Origin: Rhizomicrobium sp.
GTDB taxonomy: Bacteria; Pseudomonadota; Alphaproteobacteria; Micropepsales; Micropepsaceae
Reading direction: 5' to 3'
Length of the DNA: 64,000 bases
NCBI GenBank assembly: GCA_036495845.1
Contig: DASXMF010000061.1
Coordinates: 12,299 to 76,298, forward strand
A model generated the notes under the pieces. That model was not told the DNA's origin and ran no database searches. It saw nothing but the letters and a program-made list of their open reading frames with translations. Position numbers and translations under genes: made by a program. Below are positions 7,233-17,950 of this stretch, in pieces (positions within the stretch are counted from its first letter, which is position 1; each line of letters starts with the position of its first letter).

Positions 7233-9098
7233 ATGTCTCTTCCGCACGAAAGAAACCAGCCGCAGGGAAAGGATTTCGGGGCTCGCTTCGAGGAAATGGT
7301 GCGCGCGGTCCGCGCCCAGCGTCTCGACCGTATCGCCGCGGGTTATGCGGTGACGGCGTGGGTGCTCGTACAGGCGGCATCGATTGTCCTGCCCAATTTC
7401 GAGATCAGCGCCCAGGTTCTGAGAGCGCTCATCATCTTCCTCCTCCTCGGCTTTCCGGTGACGCTGGCCGGCGCGTGGTTCGCGGCGCCGCACATTTCGG
7501 CCGTTCATCGGCGGAAAAAGCCGTCGAAAACCGGCTATGCGCTGTTCGCCGCGTTCTCGCTCACCTTCGTGGCCGTGGCGGCCGATCTGTCATTCCTGCT
7601 ATCGCGCGTGTCCCCGCCCGCGCAGCCGCACGCACTGCCGACTGCACCGGCACCCCCGAAGAATTCTATCGCGGTCCTTCCGTTCGCGAACATGAGCGGC
7701 GACCCGAAGAAAGAGTACTTTTCGGACGGGATCGCGGAAGAACTCCTGGACGATCTTGCCGGCATGCCCCAGTTGCAGGTCGCCGCGCGAACGTCGTCTT
7801 TTGGATTCAAAAACTCGAATGACAGCATCAAGCAGATTGCCCGGCTGCTGTCCGTACGCTCGGTCCTTGAGGGCAGCGTGCGCGAGAGCGGGCAGCATAT
7901 GCGCATATCCGTCGAGCTGATCGACGCCGCGAGCGGCTACCGTTTGTGGTCTTCGATCTACGACCGCGATCTGACCGATATCCTGGGGGTCCAGGAAGAC
8001 ATTGCGCGCGCGATCACCACGGCCCTCACCCGGCAATTCCTGCCGCGCAGCGTCGGATTGCCGGCGGCCCGGCCGATCAACGCCGAAGCGTACCGTGCCT
8101 ACCTCCTCGGCAAACACCAGCTCGAGCCGCGCACGACCGACGGCACCGAGGCTGCGCTTTCCTCGTTCAAAACCACCGTCTCGCGCGCTCCCGCCTTCGC
8201 TGACGGCTTCGCCGCGCTGGCGGACGCGAACATCGTTCTCGCGGACAAGATGCCGGATCGACGCGAGCTGATCCCGGCCGCGGAAGCGGCAACGATTACC
8301 GCGCTTCGGCTCGATCCGGAGAACGTCGAGGCGCTGAGTGCGCATCTCGACATTTCGCTTCACAAACTGGACTGGCCGGGCGCCATCGCCGATTCGCGAA
8401 GACTCGAGAAGGCAGCGCCGAACAGTGCGAAAGTACTGCATGAAATGTTTCGATTTTTCAATCTGATGGCGTTCCCCGACCTTGCACTTGCCGCCGCCAG
8501 AGGCGCGGCACGTCTCGATCCGCTGTCGTTTGCTGACCGTTTCAACATAGCGAGCATTCTCCTGCACGAGGCGCGTTATCCCGAAGCGGTCGCGGCTGGA
8601 AAAGCGGCTCTTGCGCTGCGGCCGAATCATGCCGTTGCACTCGCGATCGTCTGTACGGCCGCGGCCAATTCGGGACAGCTTTCGCTCGCCGTCGCGACGG
8701 ACGCGGAACTCTCGCAGTCAAAATCGAACGGAGCCGCGCTTTCGGAAGACGATACGGCCCGTCCGTTATGCGATTTCGCCATCGCAGTTGCACAGCGTCG
8801 AACGGGCGACGCCAATGGCATCATGGACGCCTTGGCAAAGGGATTTCCCCAGAACGGAATCGACGCGTATACCCTCGCGGAAAAATACGCGATCGCCGAA
8901 AATTTCAACAAAGCGGATTTCTGGTTTGCGCGCTCCTATGACGACCGGGAATTTTCGCTGTTCGTGCTTCCAGGCGACAGAATGGTACCGTTATCCTTTC
9001 GCGACACGACAAACTACAAGGCGCTGCTAGAGCGGCCGCTGTTCCGCGACTGGCAAAACGCGCACGACCAGCTGGCGAGCGATCTGGCGGCGCGGTAG
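7233..9098 (+). CDS. membrane-anchored TolB-N-like domain plus TPR protein
   Basis: Three N-terminal TM segments; SIAVLPFANMSGDPKKEYFSDGIAEELL; ARTSSF; VLEGSVR; helical repeats. Confidence 0.85.
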   Translation: MSLPHERNQPQGKDFGARFEEMVRAVRAQRLDRIAAGYAVTAWVLVQAASIVLPNFEISAQVLRALIIFLLLGFPVTLAGAWFAAPHISAVHRRKKPSKTGYALFAAFSLTFVAVAADLSFLLSRVSPPAQPHALPTAPAPPKNSIAVLPFANMSGDPKKEYFSDGIAEELLDDLAGMPQLQVAARTSSFGFKNSNDSIKQIARLLSVRSVLEGSVRESGQHMRISVELIDAASGYRLWSSIYDRDLTDILGVQEDIARAITTALTRQFLPRSVGLPAARPINAEAYRAYLLGKHQLEPRTTDGTEAALSSFKTTVSRAPAFADGFAALADANIVLADKMPDRRELIPAAEAATITALRLDPENVEALSAHLDISLHKLDWPGAIADSRRLEKAAPNSAKVLHEMFRFFNLMAFPDLALAAARGAARLDPLSFADRFNIASILLHEARYPEAVAAGKAALALRPNHAVALAIVCTAAANSGQLSLAVATDAELSQSKSNGAALSEDDTARPLCDFAIAVAQRRTGDANGIMDALAKGFPQNGIDAYTLAEKYAIAENFNKADFWFARSYDDREFSLFVLPGDRMVPLSFRDTTNYKALLERPLFRDWQNAHDQLASDLAAR

Positions 9099-9248
9099 TG
9101 TGGCGCCCTTCCCGGTTCCCCTCGGCGGCATGGTCCAGCCTGCGCGCCGACTGAAAGAGCGGGCGTTTCCACGGCGATCGGCGCGGTCATTTTTGGCAAG
9201 GGCCTGACGATTTCGCGCGTAAGGCTGATTTCAGGGAGGGAAATCCAC

Positions 9249-10391
9249 ATGATCAGCAAGCTTCCCATGTTCGTTTGCGCGATCGTGCTCGCTGTCCTTG
9301 TGCCGCTGGGCGGCAGTCTGGCTGGCACGGGTTTTCGCGTGCTTCACTCCTTCACAGGCGGCAGCGATGGCGCCTACCCGGAGGCCAATCTCCTTCTGTA
9401 CGACGGAAACCTCTATGGGACCGCGGCATTTGGCGGCACCTCCAACAAGGGCGTCGTGTTCCAGATGTCCCGCGATGGCACCGAAACCGAGCTCTACGAC
9501 TTCACGGGCGGAAGCGACGGCGCCTATCCCGAGACCGATCTGATCACGGACAAGGATGGCAACCTGTATGGCAGGACCGTCGGGGGCGGAGCTCACGGGT
9601 ATGGCACGATCTTCAGGATCGCGCCGGGCGGGTCCGAAACAACTCTTCTCTCCTTCACCGAGCTCAACAATGGCAACGCGGGACTAACGGGGCTGATAAG
9701 GGACGGGAAGGGCAATTTGTACGGCGCCGACGATCAGAGCATTTACAAGCTGAAGCCCAATGGAAAGGAAGTAATCCTGCACACCTTCTCGGGCTCCGAC
9801 GGCGAGAATCCCAACGGCGACCTGTTCAGGGACCACGCCGGCAATCTCTACGGTACGACTCACAATGGAGGCATGTACGGCAAAGGCGTTATTTTCAAGA
9901 TTGCTTCCGACGGTACCGAGACGACGCTCTACAATTTCATGGGAGGCAATGACGGTTACGCTCCGGACACCGGTCCGGTCGCCGACGCCGCAGGCAATTT
10001 CTACGGCACTACCTATACCGGAGGCAGCGCCAGTTGCGGCATCGTGTACAAGCTTGCTCCAGATGGAACCGAGACCGTGTTCCACACTTTCGCCGGCGGA
10101 TCGACTGATGGCTGCAATCCGCAGTTCGGCCGGCTGGCAATTGATGGCTCCGGCAATCTCTATGGCATGACATTCTTCGGCCCAGGCAACGGTTGCAACG
10201 GCCCTGGCTGCGGCAGCGTCTTCAAGGTCGCCCCGGACGGCAGCGAAACGATTCTCCATGTTTTCGACGGCGGCAATGGCGGCTACTGGCCAAATGCAAG
10301 CGTCATCGGCAGCCACGGCGGGCATCTCTACGGCGCGACCTTCGGAGGGGGCACCGACAATTATGGAGTCATATTCAAACTGAACGAATAA
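9249..10391 (+). CDS. secreted GloVer (Gloeo_Verruco) tandem-repeat protein
   Basis: Signal peptide; about 7 repeats of ETxLxxFxGGxDGAYP...GNLYGTTxxGG...GxVFK. Confidence 0.85.
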   Translation: MISKLPMFVCAIVLAVLVPLGGSLAGTGFRVLHSFTGGSDGAYPEANLLLYDGNLYGTAAFGGTSNKGVVFQMSRDGTETELYDFTGGSDGAYPETDLITDKDGNLYGRTVGGGAHGYGTIFRIAPGGSETTLLSFTELNNGNAGLTGLIRDGKGNLYGADDQSIYKLKPNGKEVILHTFSGSDGENPNGDLFRDHAGNLYGTTHNGGMYGKGVIFKIASDGTETTLYNFMGGNDGYAPDTGPVADAAGNFYGTTYTGGSASCGIVYKLAPDGTETVFHTFAGGSTDGCNPQFGRLAIDGSGNLYGMTFFGPGNGCNGPGCGSVFKVAPDGSETILHVFDGGNGGYWPNASVIGSHGGHLYGATFGGGTDNYGVIFKLNE

Positions 10392-10606
10392 GTTTGGCTG
10401 AATGCGAGAAGAAAATTCCCGGCCGCGGCACGGCTGGTCATTGCGCAATCCCTAAAGCTCGCCTGGCGAGTACCAGTTAACTCCAATGTCCGGTTCGGTC
10501 CAAGAGCGGGCACCGCCCAAGGCAGTCAACCGTCAGAAAACCCAAACAGTGTCACCACCCGTCATTGCGCTCTCTCGCGTTTTCTCCTGGCCGCGGCGAG
10601 CGGGTT

Positions 10607-11623
10607 TCAAAACGGCGCCTCCGTGGGCAGATCGACGTGTTGCTTCAGTGTGGCGCCGACGTAAAGAAATTTCGTAGCAGTGTAGATGACCACAATCAGT
10701 GGTGCGGCCAATATGATTCCGGGCACACCGAAGAGCATCTGGCTTGCGACGATTGCGATCAGCACCAAGGCGGGAGGAATGCGCACAAACCAGCGCTGCA
10801 GCAAGGGTCCGACAAGATAGCCTTCGAACATGTGCACGAAGACGTACGCGATCAGGATCCACAGCGCGGGCATGAGACCGCGGGTCAAGGCTACCAGAAC
10901 CGCCGGCACGCCGCCGATGAAAGGGCCGAGATAGGGAATCATCTCCGTCACTCCGGCAATCAGGCCCAGCGCAACCGGATTGGGCAGGCCGACGGTCAAG
11001 GCGGCGACATAGGACAGCACGCCCACGGAAAACATCAGAATGAGCTGTCCCATCAGCCACAGGCGGAGCGACGCGCCGATCAGGTCCAGGGTTTCGAGCG
11101 CCTTTGCGCGCACCGATCGCGGAAAGAGCGCGGCGGCACCGCGTCTGTAGATCTCCGGCTGCGCTGCAAGATAAATCGCAGCGATTGCAGTGATGACGGC
11201 AAATTCGAGGAACTCGATTCCCATTGAAAGGAAAACGGGCACGGCGTCGCCGACAAGCGAGAGCGCTCGCTGGATGGCCCCTTGTGCCGCCGGGCCCAGC
11301 AACGCGGCAAAACTCTTTTCGCCTTCGCGGATGTGGTGTCCGACCTCGACGAACTGCGTGGAGAGCCGCATACCGAACAGCCAGAAACAGAGAGCGAATA
11401 CCGCAATCATGAACAGGACGGCCACGCTCAGTGCAACCGCGTCGGGCAAACCCGTCGCGCGGCATATCAGGTCCATGATGAAGCGAAGGAAAATGGCCGC
11501 CAGGATGGCGCCGAGACCAAGCAGGAGGGCGTCGCGAATCTCCCACAGCACAAGCACGCCTGCCGCAACACCGATCCAGGTTGCGGCCGATCGCAGGGTT
11601 TGAAGCGCGTTCTCCCCACTCAT
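10607..11623 (-). CDS. AI-2E family transporter
   Basis: Multi-TM protein with LWLMGQL, IPYLGPFIG, EGYLVGP, LFGVPGIILAAPL. Confidence 0.9.
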   Translation of the reverse strand: MSGENALQTLRSAATWIGVAAGVLVLWEIRDALLLGLGAILAAIFLRFIMDLICRATGLPDAVALSVAVLFMIAVFALCFWLFGMRLSTQFVEVGHHIREGEKSFAALLGPAAQGAIQRALSLVGDAVPVFLSMGIEFLEFAVITAIAAIYLAAQPEIYRRGAAALFPRSVRAKALETLDLIGASLRLWLMGQLILMFSVGVLSYVAALTVGLPNPVALGLIAGVTEMIPYLGPFIGGVPAVLVALTRGLMPALWILIAYVFVHMFEGYLVGPLLQRWFVRIPPALVLIAIVASQMLFGVPGIILAAPLIVVIYTATKFLYVGATLKQHVDLPTEAPF

Positions 11624-11884
11624 CGGTGGGGAAACGCGGGGCGATCACCTTTCGCCCAGCGCGGCGAGCAGATGATGGGTGGTCAACGAGGCGATCCGCC
11701 CCGCCCGAGCCCGCGAGCCTCTCTGGAGGAGGACGCTCGCACCGTTCTGCCTGGGCACCGTCCCGAGAACCCGATTCAGCGGCGCCTTCAGGCCCGGTCG
11801 TAGGCGCCAACGAAATCCGTCAATTTCCGATTTGGTTGCGCGAATAGTTGCCCCTTTGCCGGGACGATGCGCGGAACAAGTGCG

Positions 11885-11913
11885 GGCCGGGGGCGAATCC
11901 CCCGGCCCTTTTC
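11885..11913. terminator. GC hairpin downstream of the 11926 gene
   Basis: gggccggggg-cgaat-cccccggccc-tttt. The T-run is on the plus strand while the flanking genes are on the minus strand, so the orientation is uncertain. Confidence 0.45.
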
Positions 11914-11925
11914 GTATCCTTCGCC

Positions 11926-12828
11926 TCAGGGGCTCTTGTAATTGCCCGTGCTGCAGCCGGCGAGGCTGTTCAGGTAAACCTGCTGAACGAAATAGGTGGT
12001 TTTCCTGGTGACGAGCTGTCCTGATGTACCTTCGCAGAGATCGCCGATCTCGTAACCGTTCGAGGTGTTCCAGGCTTGCGGAAAGTTGGGATTTGAGCCC
12101 GGCGTCGGAACATTGTCGCTCGTCGCTTCCGCGAATTCATGCGCAGTGATGATTTCGTGGCTTTGGAGACTGTAGCCGCAATCCGGCATCACTCCATAGA
12201 AGATATTCGTTTTTTTCGCCAACCTCTTGTCGTTGGTCGCAAAGTGATAAGCGCCAAAAGCCTGGCAGGAAATCGATCCATCCAGATTGATGGTGATGTT
12301 GCTCGGGAAGAAGATCATGTAGAGCATGTTTTTATTCTGTGCCGGCAGGGCGCCGATGCTGATCTGGTATTTCAGTTCGACATGGATATCCTTGTCGGTC
12401 AGGTTCGTGTTTTGGTTTTGTGGCGTGATCACCACCTGCCCGGCAAACGTGCCGCGATGGATGACCTGATTGGTGCTCGAATGACCGTTAACCGCCACGA
12501 CCCCCTTCGTGCTGTACTCCGCAAGCTGGTCCAGAAAGGTGCTGTTCACGATCGCCTTGAAATATCCGGGCATGGTGGCGACCGTCTGGGCATTCACGTT
12601 CGAACCCCACATCACGGAAACAACATTCACCTTCGAGAACACAGAGCCACCGAAATATTCCATTTGTCCCGTCGTGCCGAGATTTGGCACGCGACCGGTC
12701 AGCGCCTGATATTCCGGTGTGGCAAATATGTGGTAGGCGCCTGAGCTGCCGGCCAGCGCCGGTGCGGCCAAGGCAAGAGCGGCGGCCGTTGCGCAGGCGG
12801 CAGCCATGATGCGCGATGATTTGAACAT
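11926..12828 (-). CDS. secreted Phi-1/EXORDIUM-like protein, paralog 1
   Basis: Signal peptide; MEYFGGSVF..VNVVSVMWG; SCQAFGAYH; AHEFAEATSD; AWN..GYEIGDLC. Confidence 0.65.
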   Translation of the reverse strand: MFKSSRIMAAACATAAALALAAPALAGSSGAYHIFATPEYQALTGRVPNLGTTGQMEYFGGSVFSKVNVVSVMWGSNVNAQTVATMPGYFKAIVNSTFLDQLAEYSTKGVVAVNGHSSTNQVIHRGTFAGQVVITPQNQNTNLTDKDIHVELKYQISIGALPAQNKNMLYMIFFPSNITINLDGSISCQAFGAYHFATNDKRLAKKTNIFYGVMPDCGYSLQSHEIITAHEFAEATSDNVPTPGSNPNFPQAWNTSNGYEIGDLCEGTSGQLVTRKTTYFVQQVYLNSLAGCSTGNYKSP

Positions 12829-13017
12829 TGGAACCCCCATCTCTTTTGGACAGGCGCGCGAACTGCCCGCCCGTAGAACCCGACAATGTGGCAGCCAAGC
12901 GCGTCTGGCAAACAGCCGGTCGCGGCGGCCGGTCCGACGCACTGGAATATTCCCTCCCGCAGGATGGCGAGCGGGCACAGGCCGGGGAGAGTCCGCGGTC
13001 TGTGCCTCGCCGATGGT

Positions 13018-13902
13018 TCACGGGCTGGTGTAATTGCCCGTGCTGCAGGCGTGAGTGCTGTTGAGGTAATATTGCGTCACGGTCCAGCTGTTCGACCCTG
13101 CCGTCAGCGTGCCGCTGGTGTTGCATTTGTCGCCGATCTCGTTACCCGACGAGTCGTTCCAAGCCTGCGGAAAGTTGGGATTCGAACCCGGCGTGGGCAC
13201 ATTGTCGGTGCTCGCCTCGGCGAACTCATGCGAGGCGGCGAAGGTCAGGAAGGTGAACCCAGAATTGCACTCCGGTTCCACCGAATAGAAAATATTGCTC
13301 CTTTTCGCCAGATGCAAATCGTTCGTCGCGAAGTGGTAGGCGCCGAAGCTCACGCAGGAAAGCGATCCACCCAGATTGATGGTGATGTCGCTCGGGAAGT
13401 AGATCATGTACAGCGTATTCGTACTCCGCGGCGGCAGCACCCCATTGGAGATTTGAAGCTTGAGTTCCTTCTGAATGTCGGCATCGGTCAGATTCTTGGA
13501 ATTGTTGTGCGGCACGAGCACAACCTGGCCAAAATAGACGCCCCGCTTGATGACCTGGTTCGTGCTTTTGTGGCCGTTGATGGCAACGACGCCCTTCGTG
13601 CTGTATTGTCCCTCCTGATCCACATAGGTGCTGTTCACGATGGCTGCGGAGAGAAGGGGGATTTGCGTCTGCGTGTTCGAAATCACGTTCTTGTTCCACA
13701 TGACGGATACAAGATTGACTTTCGAAAAGACCGAGCCCCCGTAGTAATTCATGTCCGAGGCCGGAGGAACCACGAATTTGGAATTGAACGAAGTCATCGG
13801 AAAAATACGATAATGCTTGGGTGATTTGGCATTGGCCGAACCGGCCAATGTGAGCGCGGCTGCCGCGCATACGGCAGCGGCGATACGCAGTGAGCTTGGC
13901 AT
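13018..13902 (-). CDS. secreted Phi-1/EXORDIUM-like protein, paralog 2
   Basis: Near-identical blocks to paralog 1 (NVPTPGSNPNFPQAWN, GAYHFATND, HEFAEA, EIGDKC). Confidence 0.65.
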   Translation of the reverse strand: MPSSLRIAAAVCAAAALTLAGSANAKSPKHYRIFPMTSFNSKFVVPPASDMNYYGGSVFSKVNLVSVMWNKNVISNTQTQIPLLSAAIVNSTYVDQEGQYSTKGVVAINGHKSTNQVIKRGVYFGQVVLVPHNNSKNLTDADIQKELKLQISNGVLPPRSTNTLYMIYFPSDITINLGGSLSCVSFGAYHFATNDLHLAKRSNIFYSVEPECNSGFTFLTFAASHEFAEASTDNVPTPGSNPNFPQAWNDSSGNEIGDKCNTSGTLTAGSNSWTVTQYYLNSTHACSTGNYTSP

Positions 13903-13999
13903 TGAAGTCCCCGTCTCTTATGGGCGGGCAGCTTGCCCGCGCCCGGACCGGAACCATGTGGCAGGGACGGGCGGCTGGCAAGTGCCAGCGGTGGACGAC

Positions 14000-14605
14000 C
14001 TATTCCGGGATCTTCCCTTTTTCCATTCCTTCCAGAAAAAGATTTGCGGCGAGTTCCGCAATGCTTGCAGGATCCGCACGGCCCTCCGGGTCGAGCCATG
14101 TGTGGGTCCAGTTGATCATGCCGAAATAGAGCATGGCGGCGGGGCGCTTCAACGGCATGTGCGCGGAAAGCTCGGGACGCAGTTCGAGCAAAACGGCCTG
14201 CACGATATTGACGAGGCGCCGCTGGATGCCGACCACGATGGCGCGCTTGCCCTTCGCCAGGCTTTGCAACTCGTTGAGCATCACGCGTTGTCGTGACGCG
14301 GCCCCGATATAGAGCGCCATGAACGCAGACGTCAGCGCGCGCAATTTCGCGGCCGCAGGCATCCGTCGTTCCGAAATCTCTTCAGCGGCATCGAGCAGCG
14401 CCCGGACGTGCGAATGCATCGCATCGAACAGAATGTCTTCCTTCGACCCGTAATAATGGTAGATCAGGGATTTCGAGATGCCACACGCCTGCGCGATCTC
14501 GGCGATTGAAGCGCCCAGGAAGCCGCGTTCGGCGAACAATCGTGCAGCGGACTCGACGATCGCTGTACGCCGCTCCTCGAAATCGGCGGCTTGAGTGCGC
14601 GCCAT
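14000..14605 (-). CDS. TetR/AcrR regulator (PaaR-like)
   Basis: AARLFAERGF..SIAEIAQACGISKSLIYHYYGSKEDIL; GMINWTHTW; adjacent to paa genes. Confidence 0.9.
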   Translation of the reverse strand: MARTQAADFEERRTAIVESAARLFAERGFLGASIAEIAQACGISKSLIYHYYGSKEDILFDAMHSHVRALLDAAEEISERRMPAAAKLRALTSAFMALYIGAASRQRVMLNELQSLAKGKRAIVVGIQRRLVNIVQAVLLELRPELSAHMPLKRPAAMLYFGMINWTHTWLDPEGRADPASIAELAANLFLEGMEKGKIPE

Positions 14606-14614
14606 AGGCCTCCC

Positions 14615-14652
14615 CGGTTGAAAATCGACCGCGCGTCCGGTTAATTCAACCG
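14615..14652. promoter_or_regulatory. nested inverted repeat, candidate TetR operator
   Basis: CGGTTGAA...TTCAACCG encloses ACCG-N6-CGGT (14628-14641) in the divergent intergenic gap. Confidence 0.55.
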
Positions 14653-14681
14653 ATTTGGCAATTCAAGCGGAACAGGCGGCG

Positions 14682-16742
14682 ATGACGGCTTTGGCGAAGG
14701 ACCCCCATCCTTCGATCGACTGGCGCCGCGTCGTCCGGCTCCTGCACATCTCGCGCGCGCTCGACGACCTCGAGGAAACGAGGCTCGTGCCCGAGCGCAA
14801 GATATTCTACCAGTTTTCGGCCCGCGGCCACGATCTGGCGCAGATTCTGCTCGGCACGCAGCTTACCCAACCGTACGACGCGATTTGCGGATATTACCGC
14901 TCCCGTCCGATCTTGCTGGCGCTCGGCGTACCCATTGCAGATGCGCTCGGTTCTTCGATGGCGCGGGCGGGGGGATATTCGGACGGTCGCGACATCGGCG
15001 CCGTGTTCAACTTTCCAAACCCGCACGGCCCGTCTGCACTGCCCATGTGTGGCGGCGTCGGGGCGCAGTTCACTCCGACGGCGGGCTGGGCCCAGGCTCT
15101 CCTCTACAGGGAATCGGTGCTCGGCGAGTCCGCAGGCAAAAGCGCGATTGCCGTGGCCCTTGGCGGCGATGCTTCCGTCGCCACCAACGGCTTCTGGTCG
15201 GCGCTGACGATGGCGACGACCCTGAACCTTCCGCTTCTCTTTTTCATCGAAGACAATGGCTACGGGATTTCCGTTCCTTCGGCATTGCAGACGCCCGGTG
15301 GCGACATTGCGGCAAATCTCGCGGGGTTCAAGAATCTGCTCGTTGTGAACGGCGACGGCACCGAGCCGGCGGAGACCATGACGTTGATCGATGAAGCCGT
15401 GTCCCATGTGCGCGGCCGGCGCGGCCCGGCGTTGCTCCGGCTCACCGTGCCGCGGCTCGAAGGCCATTCCTTCCAGGACACTCAAACCTACAAATCCGAC
15501 CAGACCATCCATGCCGAACGCGCCCGCGATCCTTTGCCCAAACTGCATGATCATCTCGTCCCGTCGGACTTGACCGACGACGAGTGGGATCAAATCGCGC
15601 GGGAGGCCGCGCAAGCTGTCGAATTGGCACGCATCGAGGCCGAAGCGAGGCCTGTTGCCGATCTCGATCGCACCGCGCGCCACGTGATGTTCGACGGTGA
15701 AGTGCAAGCGCAAGGCGGACAATGGACGCGTGAATATGTAACGCCGCCCGCTCGAAGCGAGCCGGAGCCTCAGGGTCAACGCATCAATATGGTGACCGCG
15801 ATACGGCGCACGCTCGAACAGGAGCTTTCAATCAATCCGCGCATGCTGGTCTTCGGCGAGGACGTGGGACCGAAGGGTGGTGTGCACGCGGTCACGCTGG
15901 GTCTCCAGGAGAAATTCGGCGAGGCGCGCGTATTCGACACGAGCCTTTCGGAGGAAGGCATCATCGGCCGCGCCGTCGGCTTGGCGCTCTCGGGACTGAT
16001 GCCGGTTCCCGAAATCCAGTTCCGCAAATATGCGGATCCCGCGACCGAGCAGCTCAACGATTGCGGAACGATGCGCTGGCGCACCAACAACCGCTTCGCG
16101 GCGCCGATGGTGGTCCGCATGCCAGTCGGCTTTTTCAAATGCGGCGATCCCTGGCACAGCCAGACGAACGAGGTGCAATTCGTTCACGCGCCCGGCTGGA
16201 AAGTGGCGGTTCCCTCCAATGCGGAAGACGCGGTGGGTCTGTTGCGCGGCGCTCTGCGCGGCAATGACCCAGTCATCTTCTTCGAGCATCGCGCCATGCT
16301 CGACGCGCCTTCCGCGAGACGGCCATGGCCGGGCGAGGATTTCGTTCTGCCATTTGGTATCGCGCGCGTGGTCCGCGAAGGAGGCGATCTGACCATCGTC
16401 ACCTGGGGCGCGATGGTGGAACGTTGCGAAGAAGCTGCAACGTTTCATTCCGTCGATCTGATCGATCTGCGCACCTTGATGCCCTGGGATCGCGAATGCG
16501 TCATCGCCTCGGTAAAGCGGACACGCCGCTGCCTCATCGTTCACGAAGATCTTTTGAGCGGCGGCTTCGGAGCAGAGATCGCGGCGGTGGTGGCGGAATC
16601 GTGTTTTCTCGACCTCGACGCGCCGGTGTCGCGGCTCGCGATGCCCGACATTCCGAGCCCCCACAATCCTGCGCTTCTCGAATGGGCCCTGCCGTCTGTT
16701 GCCGGCATCCGCGCGAAAATCGAACAGCTGATGGATTTCTGA
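14682..16742 (+). CDS. 2-oxoacid dehydrogenase E1, fused alpha/beta
   Basis: TPP motif GGDASV...IEDNGYG; FGEDVGPKGGV; DTSLSEEGIIG; PVIFFEHR; DLRTLMPWD. Confidence 0.92.
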   Translation: MTALAKDPHPSIDWRRVVRLLHISRALDDLEETRLVPERKIFYQFSARGHDLAQILLGTQLTQPYDAICGYYRSRPILLALGVPIADALGSSMARAGGYSDGRDIGAVFNFPNPHGPSALPMCGGVGAQFTPTAGWAQALLYRESVLGESAGKSAIAVALGGDASVATNGFWSALTMATTLNLPLLFFIEDNGYGISVPSALQTPGGDIAANLAGFKNLLVVNGDGTEPAETMTLIDEAVSHVRGRRGPALLRLTVPRLEGHSFQDTQTYKSDQTIHAERARDPLPKLHDHLVPSDLTDDEWDQIAREAAQAVELARIEAEARPVADLDRTARHVMFDGEVQAQGGQWTREYVTPPARSEPEPQGQRINMVTAIRRTLEQELSINPRMLVFGEDVGPKGGVHAVTLGLQEKFGEARVFDTSLSEEGIIGRAVGLALSGLMPVPEIQFRKYADPATEQLNDCGTMRWRTNNRFAAPMVVRMPVGFFKCGDPWHSQTNEVQFVHAPGWKVAVPSNAEDAVGLLRGALRGNDPVIFFEHRAMLDAPSARRPWPGEDFVLPFGIARVVREGGDLTIVTWGAMVERCEEAATFHSVDLIDLRTLMPWDRECVIASVKRTRRCLIVHEDLLSGGFGAEIAAVVAESCFLDLDAPVSRLAMPDIPSPHNPALLEWALPSVAGIRAKIEQLMDF

Positions 16743-17887
16743 TGGCGACCGACATCGTTGTTCCCGCCGAGCAGGAAGGCACCAAGGCCGTCCTCAAGGC
16801 CTGGCTCAAGAAACAGGGCGAGCCTGTCCGCGTCGACGAACCGCTGGTCGAAATCGAGACGGACAAGGTTGCGGTCGAGATCTCCGCGACGGCGGAAGGC
16901 TTGCTCGCCGAAATTCTCGTCGAGGCGGGCGCCGAAGTTGAACCGGGCACCATTCTCGGCCGCATTGCGGAAAGCGCGGCGCCGGTCGAAAAAGCGATGC
17001 GCGCGGGAGCGGGACTGACACGGCGAGAAGCGCCCGGCGCCGAGCCGCAGTCTTCGGGGCTAGCTCCAGGAATCCGTCGTCTTCTCGCCGAACACAAGCT
17101 TGACCCGAACATGGTGCCCATCAGCGGCGAGAGACTTACGCGCGAAGACATCGAGGCTGAGATCGCCCGCCGCGCCGCAAGGCCCACCATGGCAGGTGCG
17201 CGAGTCGTGCCACATGATTCGATGCGCCGGCGCATCGCCGAACACATGGCGCAATCCTTGCGGACGGCGCCCCATGTCACCGCGCTGTTCGAAGCGGATT
17301 TCAGCGCGATCATTGCCCATCGCAGCGCGCAAAAGGAAGATTTCAGGCGCCGCAGCGCCAACCTGACCTTCACGGCCTATTTCGTTTCGGCCTGCGTGGC
17401 TGCGATGAAGGAAGTCCCGCCGGTCAATTCGCGCTGGTTCGAGGACCGGATCGAGATTTACGACGACCTCAATATCGGTATCGGCACGGCTCTGGGCGAC
17501 AAGGGGCTGATCGTGCCCGTTATTCATCGCGCACAGACGCTCACGCTCTTTGAGATTGCACAACGATTGACAGAACTCACGGACAAGGCGCGGTCGGGGA
17601 CGCTCGCGCCTGCCGATGTGCAGAACGGAACCTTCACGATTTCCAACCACGGCACATCCGGGTCGCTGCTCGCGGCGCCCATCATCATCAACCAGCCGCA
17701 ATCGGCAATTCTCGGGATCGGCAAGCTCCAGAAACGCGCGATCGTGCGTGAGGATTCCGGCCAGGACAGAATCGAAATCCGGCCGATGGCGTATGTCACA
17801 TTGACCATCGATCATCGCGTTCTCGACGCGCATCAGTGCAACGCCTGGCTGACGCGGTTTGTCGAGGTGCTGGAAGGGTGGAACTGA
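16742..17887 (+). CDS. 2-oxoacid dehydrogenase E2 (dihydrolipoamide acyltransferase)
   Basis: Lipoyl ETDKV; GTFTISNHG; PIINQPQSAILG; catalytic DHRVLD; TGATG overlap with E1. Confidence 0.93.
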   Translation: MATDIVVPAEQEGTKAVLKAWLKKQGEPVRVDEPLVEIETDKVAVEISATAEGLLAEILVEAGAEVEPGTILGRIAESAAPVEKAMRAGAGLTRREAPGAEPQSSGLAPGIRRLLAEHKLDPNMVPISGERLTREDIEAEIARRAARPTMAGARVVPHDSMRRRIAEHMAQSLRTAPHVTALFEADFSAIIAHRSAQKEDFRRRSANLTFTAYFVSACVAAMKEVPPVNSRWFEDRIEIYDDLNIGIGTALGDKGLIVPVIHRAQTLTLFEIAQRLTELTDKARSGTLAPADVQNGTFTISNHGTSGSLLAAPIIINQPQSAILGIGKLQKRAIVREDSGQDRIEIRPMAYVTLTIDHRVLDAHQCNAWLTRFVEVLEGWN

Positions 17888-17950
17888 CGCGAAGAGGAGG
17901 GAGGAACGCCAACTACCAGTCGGTTTGCAAGCAGGGTTTCGCGCCGTTTG

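Noticed and set aside
9249-10391. CRISPR-like or DNA-level repeat array
   Set aside because: The repeats are in-frame protein repeats with synonymous variation; there are no spacers or cas genes.
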